Assembly: GCA_038214755.1 (NCBI GenBank) | Contig: JBBQRQ010000057.1 | Location: 1 to 32,027 of the forward strand | Length of the DNA: 32,027 bases | Reading direction: 5' to 3' | Source of the DNA: Verrucomicrobiota bacterium | Lineage (GTDB): Bacteria > Verrucomicrobiota > Verrucomicrobiia > Limisphaerales > CANJXF01 | Part shown: piece by piece, positions 20,001-27,394 of the stretch | Layout: the number at the start of each line of letters is the position of its first letter | How positions within the stretch are numbered: position 1 is the first letter of the stretch | Notes under the pieces: generated by a model | The model's input: only the letters and a program-made list of their open reading frames with translations | What the model was told of the DNA's origin: nothing | Databases searched by the model: none | Program-made: the position numbers and the translations under genes

Positions 20001-23000
20001 GCAGTGGTCGCCAGGCGACCACCCCAGTATTCGTATTCACCAACATACCATCAGGATGCGTTACTAGATCGAATGAAAGGAGGTCGCTATCGCCGTCATC
20101 TGCGACTGCTTCGTAGCGATAAACAGTTGCGACTGTGGAAAGAAGAGGCGCAGACGAAATGAATTGTGGGTTGCTATTAGAGGACGAGGTGATCTGACGA
20201 AGTCCGAAGTCTACTCCGGCAACGATCTGATCATTACTTAGCGTAATTTGATGTGCTGTTTGAACCGGCGCCGTTCGTTGCCATCCGGGAGGTTGTTCCT
20301 CCATCACAAAATTTGTGCCAGCAGGCAAACTGTTGAATCCGTAGGTTCCAGCAGAATCAGTTCGCACGAACGGCTCCCCAATATCCCTATGGTTGTTGCG
20401 ATTTCGGTCAATAAAAACGATCCAGTCGGTCAGTCCTGTCTCTGGAATGTTTTTAACTCCGTTTGAGTCGAGGTCGTTGAAGACGATGCCATGAATTTCG
20501 GCTGTTCCCCTAGGAAGGACATTGACACTGAATGTTTGCTCGTCAACGCCGCCTCGTGAATCGCTTACTACGACTTTTACATCGTATGTTCCAAGCTGAT
20601 TGGTTCTTGGCGACCAAATCATCAAACCATTCGTAGGGTTGACGCTCATTCCATTCGGAGCAATCCCCAACGAAAAGCTTAATAAATCCCCGTCGGGATC
20701 AACGGCACGAACTAAATAGAAATAGTTAGTATCAGCGGTGGAGGTAGGGAGGCTTATAGCGGTTGCCTGAATATCTACGTAAGTGACAGCACCATAATCA
20801 TGGCCACGAACAGCGAGCAGATTTGTTCCGGGATAAAAAATATTGGAAGATACATAAAAAACGTATTGATCTCTCCTCGCACAGCCGCCACTTGTCCGCA
20901 GTCCACCCGACACGTCCAGGCCATTAATGAAAACCTGAAGATCATTGTCAATGGCTGCTCCGATTTTCAGTTGTTGAATGCCTTGAGGGAGAACAAAGCG
21001 CTTGCGCAATAGAATATCGGTATTCACGTTCCAAAGCGTTCTGGCATATTCGGGGATACTGAGAGGGCAATTAGACAGATTACCGAACCCACCCTGACCG
21101 ACAGCGAAGAGTGAGTCATCATAGTTCGTTGCTTCAAAGCCAGTACCTTGTCCCGACGCAACTTCCTTGTAGCGGTATCCTTCAGACAGATAAGAAATGA
21201 CGACGTTTGTTTGAAAAATGCTGAAGGATGGTGGAAGAAAAACCTCTGTATTAGGAGTGCTGACGATGATCGGCGGACGATTACCTTCAGCGGGCAGAAC
21301 ACAAACAAAGTAAGATTGCGTGTTGGAGCCGCCGCGCCCGTCTTGAACCAGCACAGTCACATTGTGTGTGCCGGTTTGTTCGGCGGTTGGCCCCCAGCGG
21401 ATGAGGCCGGTGCCCGGGTTAATGGTCATATTCGTCGGAGCGGTGACAAGAGAGTAGGTCAGCGTATCGCCGTCGGGGTCGAGGGCATCGGCGTCGTAAA
21501 CGTAGGAAGGTGAATGGCCCGGATCATCAAAAGTGATGTCGTCGTAAGCGAACCCACTGACACCCCCCAAGCTTTGCAAAACCACGGAAGAGATCGGCGT
21601 CCCCGAAAACGTCACCGTTACTCCTCCATTCGTGCCCTCAAAGGTTGTGAACGAACGGGCTTGCAGCAGTTCGCCATGAAGTCCATAAAACCTAATCTCA
21701 AACGACTCACTTGCGCCATCTCCGTCGCCGACTCGCACTGAGAAGAAGTCCGTGGCGCTCGGTTGACCAGATGTTGGGTCGATGATTCTAATGGTCGAGC
21801 TATTGGCCGCAGAGGTCCCGATACTGACTGCGTTTCGCGGAGAAGACCCAAAATCGACAATCCCAAAATCACCTCGAATAAAGTCGACGACAGTCCCTGC
21901 AACGCCAGAATGTTCAAATAAAAGCCCCATCGACTGATACTGGTTCGTAACAGTGTTTAGAGGAAGGAGATCGTCAAACGTCACAACCAAGCGCCTAGCC
22001 ACCGGTTCTATCCGCGCCACAGTCACCGGCGTGGAGACAAAATAGGGTGGCCGGTTGGACGGCGCGGTGATGACGCTAAGTAGAAAATGCTGCTCGGCCA
22101 CGCCACCCTTGCCGTCGTCGGCGCGAAGGCGGATGTCGTGGGTGCCGATTTGCGCGGTTGAGGGTGTCCAGCGGAGTTGAGGGTTGATGGGTGAGGTTTG
22201 AGAGTTGGTCAAGCCCGCCGGGGCAGTGAGCAGCGAATACGTGAGCGCGTCACCATCAGGATCAGTCGCGCTGAAGGCGTAGGTGTAGGCGTGGCCGGCG
22301 ATGACTTCCAGCGGCGGAGCCGTGGTAAAGTAAGGCGCTTGGTTCAACTGGCCGAGGACGACGAGTTCGTAGGTGAACTGGACTTTATTCGGGTTGTGAA
22401 ATGCGAGGGTTCGGCTCAGGGAGGTTTGCTGAGGGTTGATAGTTCCATTCGTCAGCGTCGTTGTGAAATCGTAATAAGGGACGCCGTCGGCGGTTACACC
22501 ATCGGCGGCGAGAAGGCGCACGGTGGGATCGCTGATGTGGGTGACGCCAACATAGAACGGGGCGCGGACGGGATAGGTGCCACCGTTGCGTAAGGCGAGA
22601 TCGGCGTAGAGGGTTTTGGTCCACTCGTTGAAACTAGTGCGACCGTATTCGGGTTGCACGCTGGCGGAGACGACCTGGAGAGTAGAAGCGTTGTTAGGAC
22701 AGGCACCCTGGAGGATAAGTGTGTTGGTGGTGGTTTGGCCGAAGAAATCGGTAGCCGTCACGGCAAACGTGTTCAAGCCGGGGCGGATTTGGACGGCGCT
22801 GTAGTAGTTACCCGCAGGGTCGAGTGCTTCCACGGAAGCACCGTTCAGCGTGACGTGAGTAATAGAGTTGCCGACGACAGACCCGCCCGGCGCACTGGGT
22901 TGCGCGGCGGTTGCCTGACCGCTGAGAAGGACGGTCGCGCCAGGAGCGAATACAGTTCCGGGCGCATCGGTAACGAGCGATGGAGGCGGAACAGCGAGGA

Positions 23001-26000
23001 CAGTGATGTCCTGCACGGAGGGCGTGGCATCCTGGAGGTCGGAGCGCAGAGATACTTCTACTTGGAAGAATCGACCCCGAACTCCTGGTAGAGTCTGTGC
23101 AGATACTACCTCCACAAATGATAAATTGAGCAAGGCATCACGGCTATCGGAAGCTCGCACACGGATACGAGTGGAGGTCGCCGTAGGAGTCGCAGCGCTA
23201 ATGGCGACAGCGCCCCAAGCCGTTGCTTCCTTCCCGCTATCGGCTATTGCGGTCCAGGTGCCGCTCGGACTCGTTGTGGTGAAGGTGCTAAGGCCCGTGG
23301 CGTCTGTGTAGAGGTAGGGATAGTTACCGACTGGGAATACGCCTAGCGGCGCGCCGTCGAACCCTCTGAACTTAGAGATATTAGAGGTGTCAAGGTGGAT
23401 TTGCCAGACGTTGTTGTCGGAATCAACGACAGTCCCTCGCACTTGTCCGGTCCCGGTCTGCTTGGGTCGCGACCAAAGAACGCTGCCATCCGGTCTAAAT
23501 TTGGTCGCGCCGCCGCTGATAAAGGGCCCCGCCAACAGGTTGCCATCCATGTCCACCGCCAGATGAAGCGAACTGAAGCAGGAGGCGGCAGGTGCCCGAA
23601 ACACTTCCGTCAGTGGGTTGAATTCCAAAAAGGTGCAACCGCCTTGATAGGCTGATACGTAAACGCGGTTGTTGCCAACGGCGATGCCGTATCCTTCGCT
23701 GAGGTAAGAGCCAATGTTATAAATGCGATTGGTCAGCTGAACCGTATCGAACTTCAAGAGACTTGTGCCTTCATTGGGCGACCATAGCACCCCTTGGCCA
23801 TCAATCACCGCTCCGTAGGGCTGATGCGGGGCCACGCTAATCGGTCCCAGCAAAATATGTCCGTCGTCGGGACTTAACTTATAAAACGTCCGAGCACTAT
23901 AAAGGCCAAGCCAAATATTACCGTCACGGTCTAGCGTCAAGGCTCGCCCAAGCCCGCCAGCGGGTCCCACCGATACGATCCAGGCAATTCGCTCATCACG
24001 GATTTCAGCGGGATCAATACGTCCATTTCCGTTTGTGTCGCCCATCGGCAGAAACTCATCGACTCCGATCATGCCGTTGGTGTTCGCGTCAAACGAGGTG
24101 TCGATGACCCCATTGTTGTTCCGGTCGATGCCACCAAAAGCGAGGATTTTGATCACGTCTGTAGGACGATTATCAAAATGGCGGTTAGCTACATAAACGT
24201 TACCATCGCGATCTACCGCCGTTCGGGAAGGGGCGGCACCTTCCGACTGATTTAAGTGATTGAAATAGCCCGGCTGTCCAGCGGGTCCAAACCAAGTTCG
24301 ATAGCGGGCTGTCTCGCGACCCGTGCGTGTGTCGATTTTCGAAACGGTGTCCTCACCCGTGTTCGGAATCCACATGACGGGAAAGGTGGTGCGATTTGAA
24401 CTGAGCCTCAGTTCATCGAATATGTTGGTTGCTGTGACGTTGAACAGTGTGCCGCGCTGGAAGTCAGCAGTAGTTGTAAAGACCAGCCAACCATCAGAAG
24501 GAAGTAATGAATCCCCGTTGGTGGTTTCGGAACCAGGCGAGCCGCCGCCGAAAAGGTTGGTGGGATAGTGCGTGACGGAGGCGATCAAGCCAGCGGCACG
24601 TGGGCCATCTGAGCCGGGTGGACAGTCCGAGTTGGTCGAATTCCTCCGAGCAACGATGCCAGAACCGCCGCCCAGCAGCGAGAATGCAGTTGGCGGCGAA
24701 CCGTTTAGGTTCAGGGATGGGTCGGCGGCTTTCCAACGAACGTCCACGATGCGGATGGTGGTGTGGCGGTCAAGGTCGTTGTTCACGAGGCGCAGGATTA
24801 GTTTCGCGTTGGAGTTGGCAGCAAGGTGGCTTACGTCAGCGAATATGGTTGAGAGTTGAGGGTTGAGGGTTGAGGGCTGGAAAGCAGTGCCGGGTCCGGC
24901 GAATGGCGATTTGCCATCGGAGTGGTTGAAGAATGCGGCGGGATTTGCCGGAAGCGTTGAAGGTGTATCTACGTTGGCCGGTGTGACACTGGCACTTCCC
25001 TGGATCGTAAAGGTAAGCGGGCGGCCGCTGGCATCGACGAGCGCGGCTTCGAAAGCGTCGCGCATTAGGTTAGTGGCCGAAGAATCAAATGTGGGCGCGC
25101 TGTATTGAATGGTCAGCAGACCGGGAGTGGGTGGAATGATGAACGATTTCTCCAACGTGACAGTGAAGGAATCTCCTTCCGTCATCACGGCTTCGCAGTT
25201 GGTGAAAATAACGGAACCAGGAGTTGCCGCTGGCGCTCTACTCACAACCCAGCCACTGCCGTTTGGAAAGAAACACTCGCCTTCTCCGAGGACAAAAGGG
25301 AGCAGGAAGGTGGAGGAAATCGTTCCATTGGTTTCCACGGTTCGTAAGACAAGGACATTTGTGCCGAGAAGAAGAGGGCCACCTTTAATTTGCGCAAGAC
25401 GATTGGAACTAAAACGAAAGGTGCCGTTGGTAGTCAGGTCAGAGATGACATTTAGAAAATTGGTGGGAACAACGGAGATATTGGTGGTGAGCGCGGCACG
25501 AAAGCTAGCGGAATTGTTCGTGCGAAACACTGTGCCAGATATGGTCGGGTCGGAAGTAATTGAGTCCGTGGCGCTGGTTCCGGTATCGTTCGCCAACGCG
25601 GCAAAAATTCCGGGCTGTGGAGGGAAGATGGTGAAGTAATTTGATTGGAACAAAGGGAGATCATTGGAGTTAACGATTCCATCGCCGCTAAAATCGAAGC
25701 GACGGTCAAAACCGATTTGGTTCGACGCGCGAAGCCATGTGCTCTTGAACCAGTAAGTGTCGGCAAAATCGACGTCGCGGTCACCATTCACGTCCCCGGA
25801 ATAACGATAGAATTGAAACGCCAGCGGGTCGCCCGGAGCGCCGCCCGGGACGCCGATCAGCGCGTTGCCATTGGTGTCGGTAACGGCGGAGGAGGGAAGC
25901 CCGGCCAGCCAATTGCCAGGCGGCAGTGAACCTCCTGCTAAACCGGGGAAAGTCCAGGTAGCCTCGTGGGTAAGCGAGTCGTAGGAAAGCGCGAGGTTGG

Positions 26001-26250
26001 TGGAAGGTAAGTTTGTGCCAGTGGTAAGGTTTTGGAGAAGGAGGTTAGGGCTGGCAATGGCTACATTCGTATTAAATGTAACGGCGAGATTCGTAACGAC
26101 ACTGCGGCTGGCATCGCCGTGGTTGATGCGAACTTGAGTAACGACGGGCTGCGCCCATGATTGCAGACAACTTGCGGGTGAGACAATCAACGCAATCTGT
26201 ATCCAAACAATAGTCTGCTGGAAAAAATTGAGTGGGCGATATTTTTTCAT
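14047..26250 (-). CDS. Giant secreted RHS/YD-repeat protein (4067 aa): dockerin, beta-propeller, tandem putative-Ig (He_PIG-like) repeats, SdrD-B-like and jelly-roll domains, RHS core, about 108-aa tip
   Basis: Signal-like N-terminus; paired EF-hand loops GDVNGDRDVDFAD and DFSGDGIVNSND; many NxPPxIxSxP...DxDGD...WTP repeats; YD repeats; core DHLGTVR...YSSFG...FTGRELD...YFYRARYY...GRFISQDP...SPNMGTDAFGL. Confidence 0.95.
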   Translation of the reverse strand: MKKYRPLNFFQQTIVWIQIALIVSPASCLQSWAQPVVTQVRINHGDASRSVVTNLAVTFNTNVAIASPNLLLQNLTTGTNLPSTNLALSYDSLTHEATWTFPGLAGGSLPPGNWLAGLPSSAVTDTNGNALIGVPGGAPGDPLAFQFYRYSGDVNGDRDVDFADTYWFKSTWLRASNQIGFDRRFDFSGDGIVNSNDLPLFQSNYFTIFPPQPGIFAALANDTGTSATDSITSDPTISGTVFRTNNSASFRAALTTNISVVPTNFLNVISDLTTNGTFRFSSNRLAQIKGGPLLLGTNVLVLRTVETNGTISSTFLLPFVLGEGECFFPNGSGWVVSRAPAATPGSVIFTNCEAVMTEGDSFTVTLEKSFIIPPTPGLLTIQYSAPTFDSSATNLMRDAFEAALVDASGRPLTFTIQGSASVTPANVDTPSTLPANPAAFFNHSDGKSPFAGPGTAFQPSTLNPQLSTIFADVSHLAANSNAKLILRLVNNDLDRHTTIRIVDVRWKAADPSLNLNGSPPTAFSLLGGGSGIVARRNSTNSDCPPGSDGPRAAGLIASVTHYPTNLFGGGSPGSETTNGDSLLPSDGWLVFTTTADFQRGTLFNVTATNIFDELRLSSNRTTFPVMWIPNTGEDTVSKIDTRTGRETARYRTWFGPAGQPGYFNHLNQSEGAAPSRTAVDRDGNVYVANRHFDNRPTDVIKILAFGGIDRNNNGVIDTSFDANTNGMIGVDEFLPMGDTNGNGRIDPAEIRDERIAWIVSVGPAGGLGRALTLDRDGNIWLGLYSARTFYKLSPDDGHILLGPISVAPHQPYGAVIDGQGVLWSPNEGTSLLKFDTVQLTNRIYNIGSYLSEGYGIAVGNNRVYVSAYQGGCTFLEFNPLTEVFRAPAASCFSSLHLAVDMDGNLLAGPFISGGATKFRPDGSVLWSRPKQTGTGQVRGTVVDSDNNVWQIHLDTSNISKFRGFDGAPLGVFPVGNYPYLYTDATGLSTFTTTSPSGTWTAIADSGKEATAWGAVAISAATPTATSTRIRVRASDSRDALLNLSFVEVVSAQTLPGVRGRFFQVEVSLRSDLQDATPSVQDITVLAVPPPSLVTDAPGTVFAPGATVLLSGQATAAQPSAPGGSVVGNSITHVTLNGASVEALDPAGNYYSAVQIRPGLNTFAVTATDFFGQTTTNTLILQGACPNNASTLQVVSASVQPEYGRTSFNEWTKTLYADLALRNGGTYPVRAPFYVGVTHISDPTVRLLAADGVTADGVPYYDFTTTLTNGTINPQQTSLSRTLAFHNPNKVQFTYELVVLGQLNQAPYFTTAPPLEVIAGHAYTYAFSATDPDGDALTYSLLTAPAGLTNSQTSPINPQLRWTPSTAQIGTHDIRLRADDGKGGVAEQHFLLSVITAPSNRPPYFVSTPVTVARIEPVARRLVVTFDDLLPLNTVTNQYQSMGLLFEHSGVAGTVVDFIRGDFGIVDFGSSPRNAVSIGTSAANSSTIRIIDPTSGQPSATDFFSVRVGDGDGASESFEIRFYGLHGELLQARSFTTFEGTNGGVTVTFSGTPISSVVLQSLGGVSGFAYDDITFDDPGHSPSYVYDADALDPDGDTLTYSLVTAPTNMTINPGTGLIRWGPTAEQTGTHNVTVLVQDGRGGSNTQSYFVCVLPAEGNRPPIIVSTPNTEVFLPPSFSIFQTNVVISYLSEGYRYKEVASGQGTGFEATNYDDSLFAVGQGGFGNLSNCPLSIPEYARTLWNVNTDILLRKRFVLPQGIQQLKIGAAIDNDLQVFINGLDVSGGLRTSGGCARRDQYVFYVSSNIFYPGTNLLAVRGHDYGAVTYVDIQATAISLPTSTADTNYFYLVRAVDPDGDLLSFSLGIAPNGMSVNPTNGLMIWSPRTNQLGTYDVKVVVSDSRGGVDEQTFSVNVLPRGTAEIHGIVFNDLDSNGVKNIPETGLTDWIVFIDRNRNNHRDIGEPFVRTDSAGTYGFNSLPAGTNFVMEEQPPGWQRTAPVQTAHQITLSNDQIVAGVDFGLRQITSSSNSNPQFISSAPLLSTVATVYRYEAVADDGDSDLLSFDLVTHPDGMLVNTNTGVVAWRPLLIQLGAQDVILRVQDGRGGVALQSFRITVIAPNSPPIITSFPPNPAVTNLPYRYIVRAQDAEGQTLTFSLGSNAPAGMSLNSQPSTLNSAVLDWTPALTNIGTNRIEIIVRDSKGAEARQVFDLEVVVFAPNHAPLFTTSPRTQTRIGFPYMYLAEATDADGDPLAFSLVSGPSGMSLTNSQPSTFNSKLLLWTPSGLGQFPVSLAVSDGRASGIVTQQFILNVTSTLSNSAPLITSSPSLNATDGQTYEYDAFVIDPDSDPVTWNLVSGPVGMSIDSVSGKVLWIPTLDQLGTNNVIIEARDIFSASTTQSFNIDVGCVNRPPQISSVPPVEGHTGTLYLYAPRATDPDGDKLSWSFATPAPSGMTINSTNGLIRWTPTTNQVGAQFIRVRVSDGRGGSDTQNYSLYVVNSKANKAPVILSSPFLGATVNRPYTYTLRATDADGDALTLQSLVLPTGATLTPTTSSAGLAEAVVRWTPTFSQLGINEFILVAKDPSLASSAQRFNVLVRSNQPPVITSSPPTNAVPGVTYRYDVTAYDADGDALTYTLTAPIPAGAIIDNLGRLTWTPIFTQVGVQSFTVNVTDSFGATANQSFMVQVAADTQPPTVSLDLIQGLVNLDSGQWAGDLGSTVKIRVNATDNISVASRSLRIGTNNIPLAANGVGSFVVNQTGLFNVIGIATDAANNIGTATRPIQFRDPRATNTVFVSILTPTNNATVTAPTPVIATITNVFDLASYRVDFAPVDLVDLNNIGAPNSAFITLTNVSLPSGTRAINAATLATFDPTALKNDSYVIRVYAQDVNGSGWYEPVIVGVSGNLKFGEFRLEFTDLEVPLAGIPITLSRVYDTRDAQRIGDFGYGWTLGVQGAQIRETLHDGTFYNGTRVYLNTPDGRRVGFTAYPTRVIAFGFVFADVEFKPDAGVFEKLEINGGKQVVVFGGDFLGGLGDEVFDPDSYKLTTRDGTVYEYDQNKGLQRVTDLNGNRLDYTANGIFHYSVGSTTPDQSVSFSRDAFGRIRQVTGPNVVVNYAYDTAGNLRSFTDAVTNTTQYLYSTQRAHYLTNIIDPFGRSALRMEYDATGRLLSITDAEGHKLNQDFDPNTRVATFTDGNGNTNISKFDANGNELVKAIVGISTNYFAYDANNNLLASTNGRGFATNFTYDARGNVKTITDALSNRTTIAYNAQSKPVSVVNALGQTLNLRYDSAGKLVEVVNNAGLKTIVTRDSQGRVASLTDAAGNTTQFDYTGGCTCGKPAKVINPDGSFKLYEYDSLGNATRTINELGAESLSFYDTSGKLLRTRDALSNYTYFYYNGPLLTNIVDALGRSTRYEYDVLNRTNAIIDAQGGVVRFEYDGNGNRTKVIDAVTNVTTFIYDAGNRLIRQIDPLGHTNFFGYDAAGNRIEAIDRNGRRRTFAYDAANRMTNELWWEGTNVVRSIVFGFNELGVQTLAADPAARYEYSYDALNRLERTLAQSAGVPDFTLLYTYTALGQVESVTDNWGVRVGSGYDNRNRLASRTWSSSMPGPSGVDPARVDFAYDPAGNRLRTDRFADLAGTNRVGRTTNAYNRASIVTNITHLGPTNSVLARYDYNFDAAYQITRWAIGNQLSDFAYDRTGQLTNALNSVPGGQAQPNENFHYDANGNRVGAQSGGGYVVGQNNQILSDGTNSYAYDAEGNMTSRSNTVTGVLTTYQFDHRNRLVNVTDRDGGGVVTQTVAFVYDAMNRRLNKTVNGQVTRFLYNQDDSWADLDGTNAVIARYLHGARIDELLARQRASDGRGWYLTDHLGTVRDIANAAGAVVAHVDYSSFGQVLGVSNQSAVDRFLFTGRELDGETGLYFYRARYYSTQLGRFISQDPIRFEAGDFNNYRYVLNSPNMGTDAFGLVALVEYSVNLGKQSASTASARLIGEATRRCIASVAIGLFNDLIFSLASGRPVEEGPGNFGNEIGVTLLYDCAVSIGSKIKFLRKFLYTHPELADRIRALLRLLEEIER
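19433..19467. repeat. Degenerate 7-bp tandem repeat (RGTTGAG)x5 inside the RHS gene
   Basis: AGTTTAG AGTTGAA AGTTGAG GGTTGTG AGTTGGT; encodes TNSQPSTFNSKL. Confidence 0.7.
19737..19764. repeat. 7-bp tandem repeat (RGTTGAG)x4 inside the RHS gene
   Basis: AATTGAG AGTTGAA GGTTGAG AGTTGAG; encodes LNSQPSTLNS. Confidence 0.75.
22175..22209. repeat. Degenerate 7-bp tandem repeat x5 inside the RHS gene
   Basis: AGTTGAG GGTTGAT GGGTGAG GTTTGAG AGTTGGT; encodes TNSQTSPINPQL. Confidence 0.7.
24847..24881. repeat. 7-bp tandem repeat x4-5 inside the RHS gene
   Basis: GGTTGAG AGTTGAG GGTTGAG GGTTGAG GGCTGGA; encodes QPSTLNPQLST. Confidence 0.8.
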
Positions 26251-26286
26251 AAGGGCTTTGGTGCCGCAGTTGGAATGAAATGTTTT

Positions 26287-27333
26287 TTAGAATGAGAAGA
26301 TGATTCCCGTATTGAGAGACCAGGTTTGGCCTAGATCGAGAGTGACCGAGTGGTTCCCGGTGCGTTGAGAGAAATCGCTTAAATGTTGGTATTCACCTTG
26401 CAGAAACAATCCGAGGTGTTTTGTAAGACCTAAGTTGAAGCCGGCATCGATATAGCCTCCAACAAACGCATCCACGCTATCATTACTTCCGTTTAGTGTT
26501 CTGGTAGAGGAGTCGGGTAGAGTAGCGATTTCATGGAAGCGAAAGTTCCCGCTTGATATACCCCAGGCAATGCCACCGCCTGTCTGGAATGAGATGCGCC
26601 GGGTGAGCGGGATTTCAATCCACGGGCCGATCTTGAAACCGAAAATATCGTCGTCAATGGTTCGATGCCCCGAAATATTAGCGGAACCATTGAAGGAAAA
26701 ATCGCGAGTGACCGGATGATCATCAATAATGGGCGCGGGGCCATTAAGACCTTGATCAAATGTCGCAGCGTATTGCCATGGGCTGCCTCCTGCGGGGGGA
26801 AGAATACCGCCCAGGGAATAGGTATCGGTGAGCCGCCTGACGGAGGGTGAAACCACGTGACGGTCGGTGATATTGATGTTCAGGTAATTAAACGCGAACT
26901 TAAAACCGATTGAGGCGAAGTCTCCTCGTTTGATTTCGCGAAGCCATGCGAGTTCGACCCCTGCTTGAGGGTCGTTTGCGTATTCACGAGTGGAAGCCGA
27001 GCCGAGCTTACTGGCGTGTTGCAGAAGGGTATCGTTTCCGGGAACTTGAGCAACATCACGATAGCCCCAATACCAAGTCAGGTCTTGGGCGTTGCCATCG
27101 GCATCCACGCGAACATAGCCATCGTCATAGTTTCGGTTTATTCCACCGCCAATGGGCGCGCCTGGATTGGTGCCAGGAAGATAGCCGCCTCGATAGTCAA
27201 ATTTGGCGGAGATGTTGAAAGGGAGCCTTGCCCCGAGCGTGAAGCGATTCACTTCTGGTTGGGCTTCTGGGTCGGCGGCATCCGCACAGAATGAACACAT
27301 AAGAAAGGTTGAGAGAAGGAGACGAGTTTTCAT
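26287..27333 (-). CDS. Outer-membrane beta-barrel protein of unknown function
   Basis: Signal peptide, alternating amphipathic strands, C-terminal beta-signal WSLNTGIIFSF ending in Phe. Confidence 0.85.
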   Translation of the reverse strand: MKTRLLLSTFLMCSFCADAADPEAQPEVNRFTLGARLPFNISAKFDYRGGYLPGTNPGAPIGGGINRNYDDGYVRVDADGNAQDLTWYWGYRDVAQVPGNDTLLQHASKLGSASTREYANDPQAGVELAWLREIKRGDFASIGFKFAFNYLNINITDRHVVSPSVRRLTDTYSLGGILPPAGGSPWQYAATFDQGLNGPAPIIDDHPVTRDFSFNGSANISGHRTIDDDIFGFKIGPWIEIPLTRRISFQTGGGIAWGISSGNFRFHEIATLPDSSTRTLNGSNDSVDAFVGGYIDAGFNLGLTKHLGLFLQGEYQHLSDFSQRTGNHSVTLDLGQTWSLNTGIIFSF

Positions 27334-27394
27334 AAGAAGGCGGTTCCCGATTCAGACGGGGTAGAGGTAAGGCGTTTTGAGTTCATCAAGAGAG

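Noticed and set aside
14201..25929. Dozens of 60-190 aa ORFs within the RHS gene
   Set aside because: Shadow ORFs of GC-rich coding DNA with no motifs.
14047..26250. T6SS effector assignment
   Set aside because: No PAAR, VgrG or Eag chaperone, and the N-terminus looks like a Sec signal.
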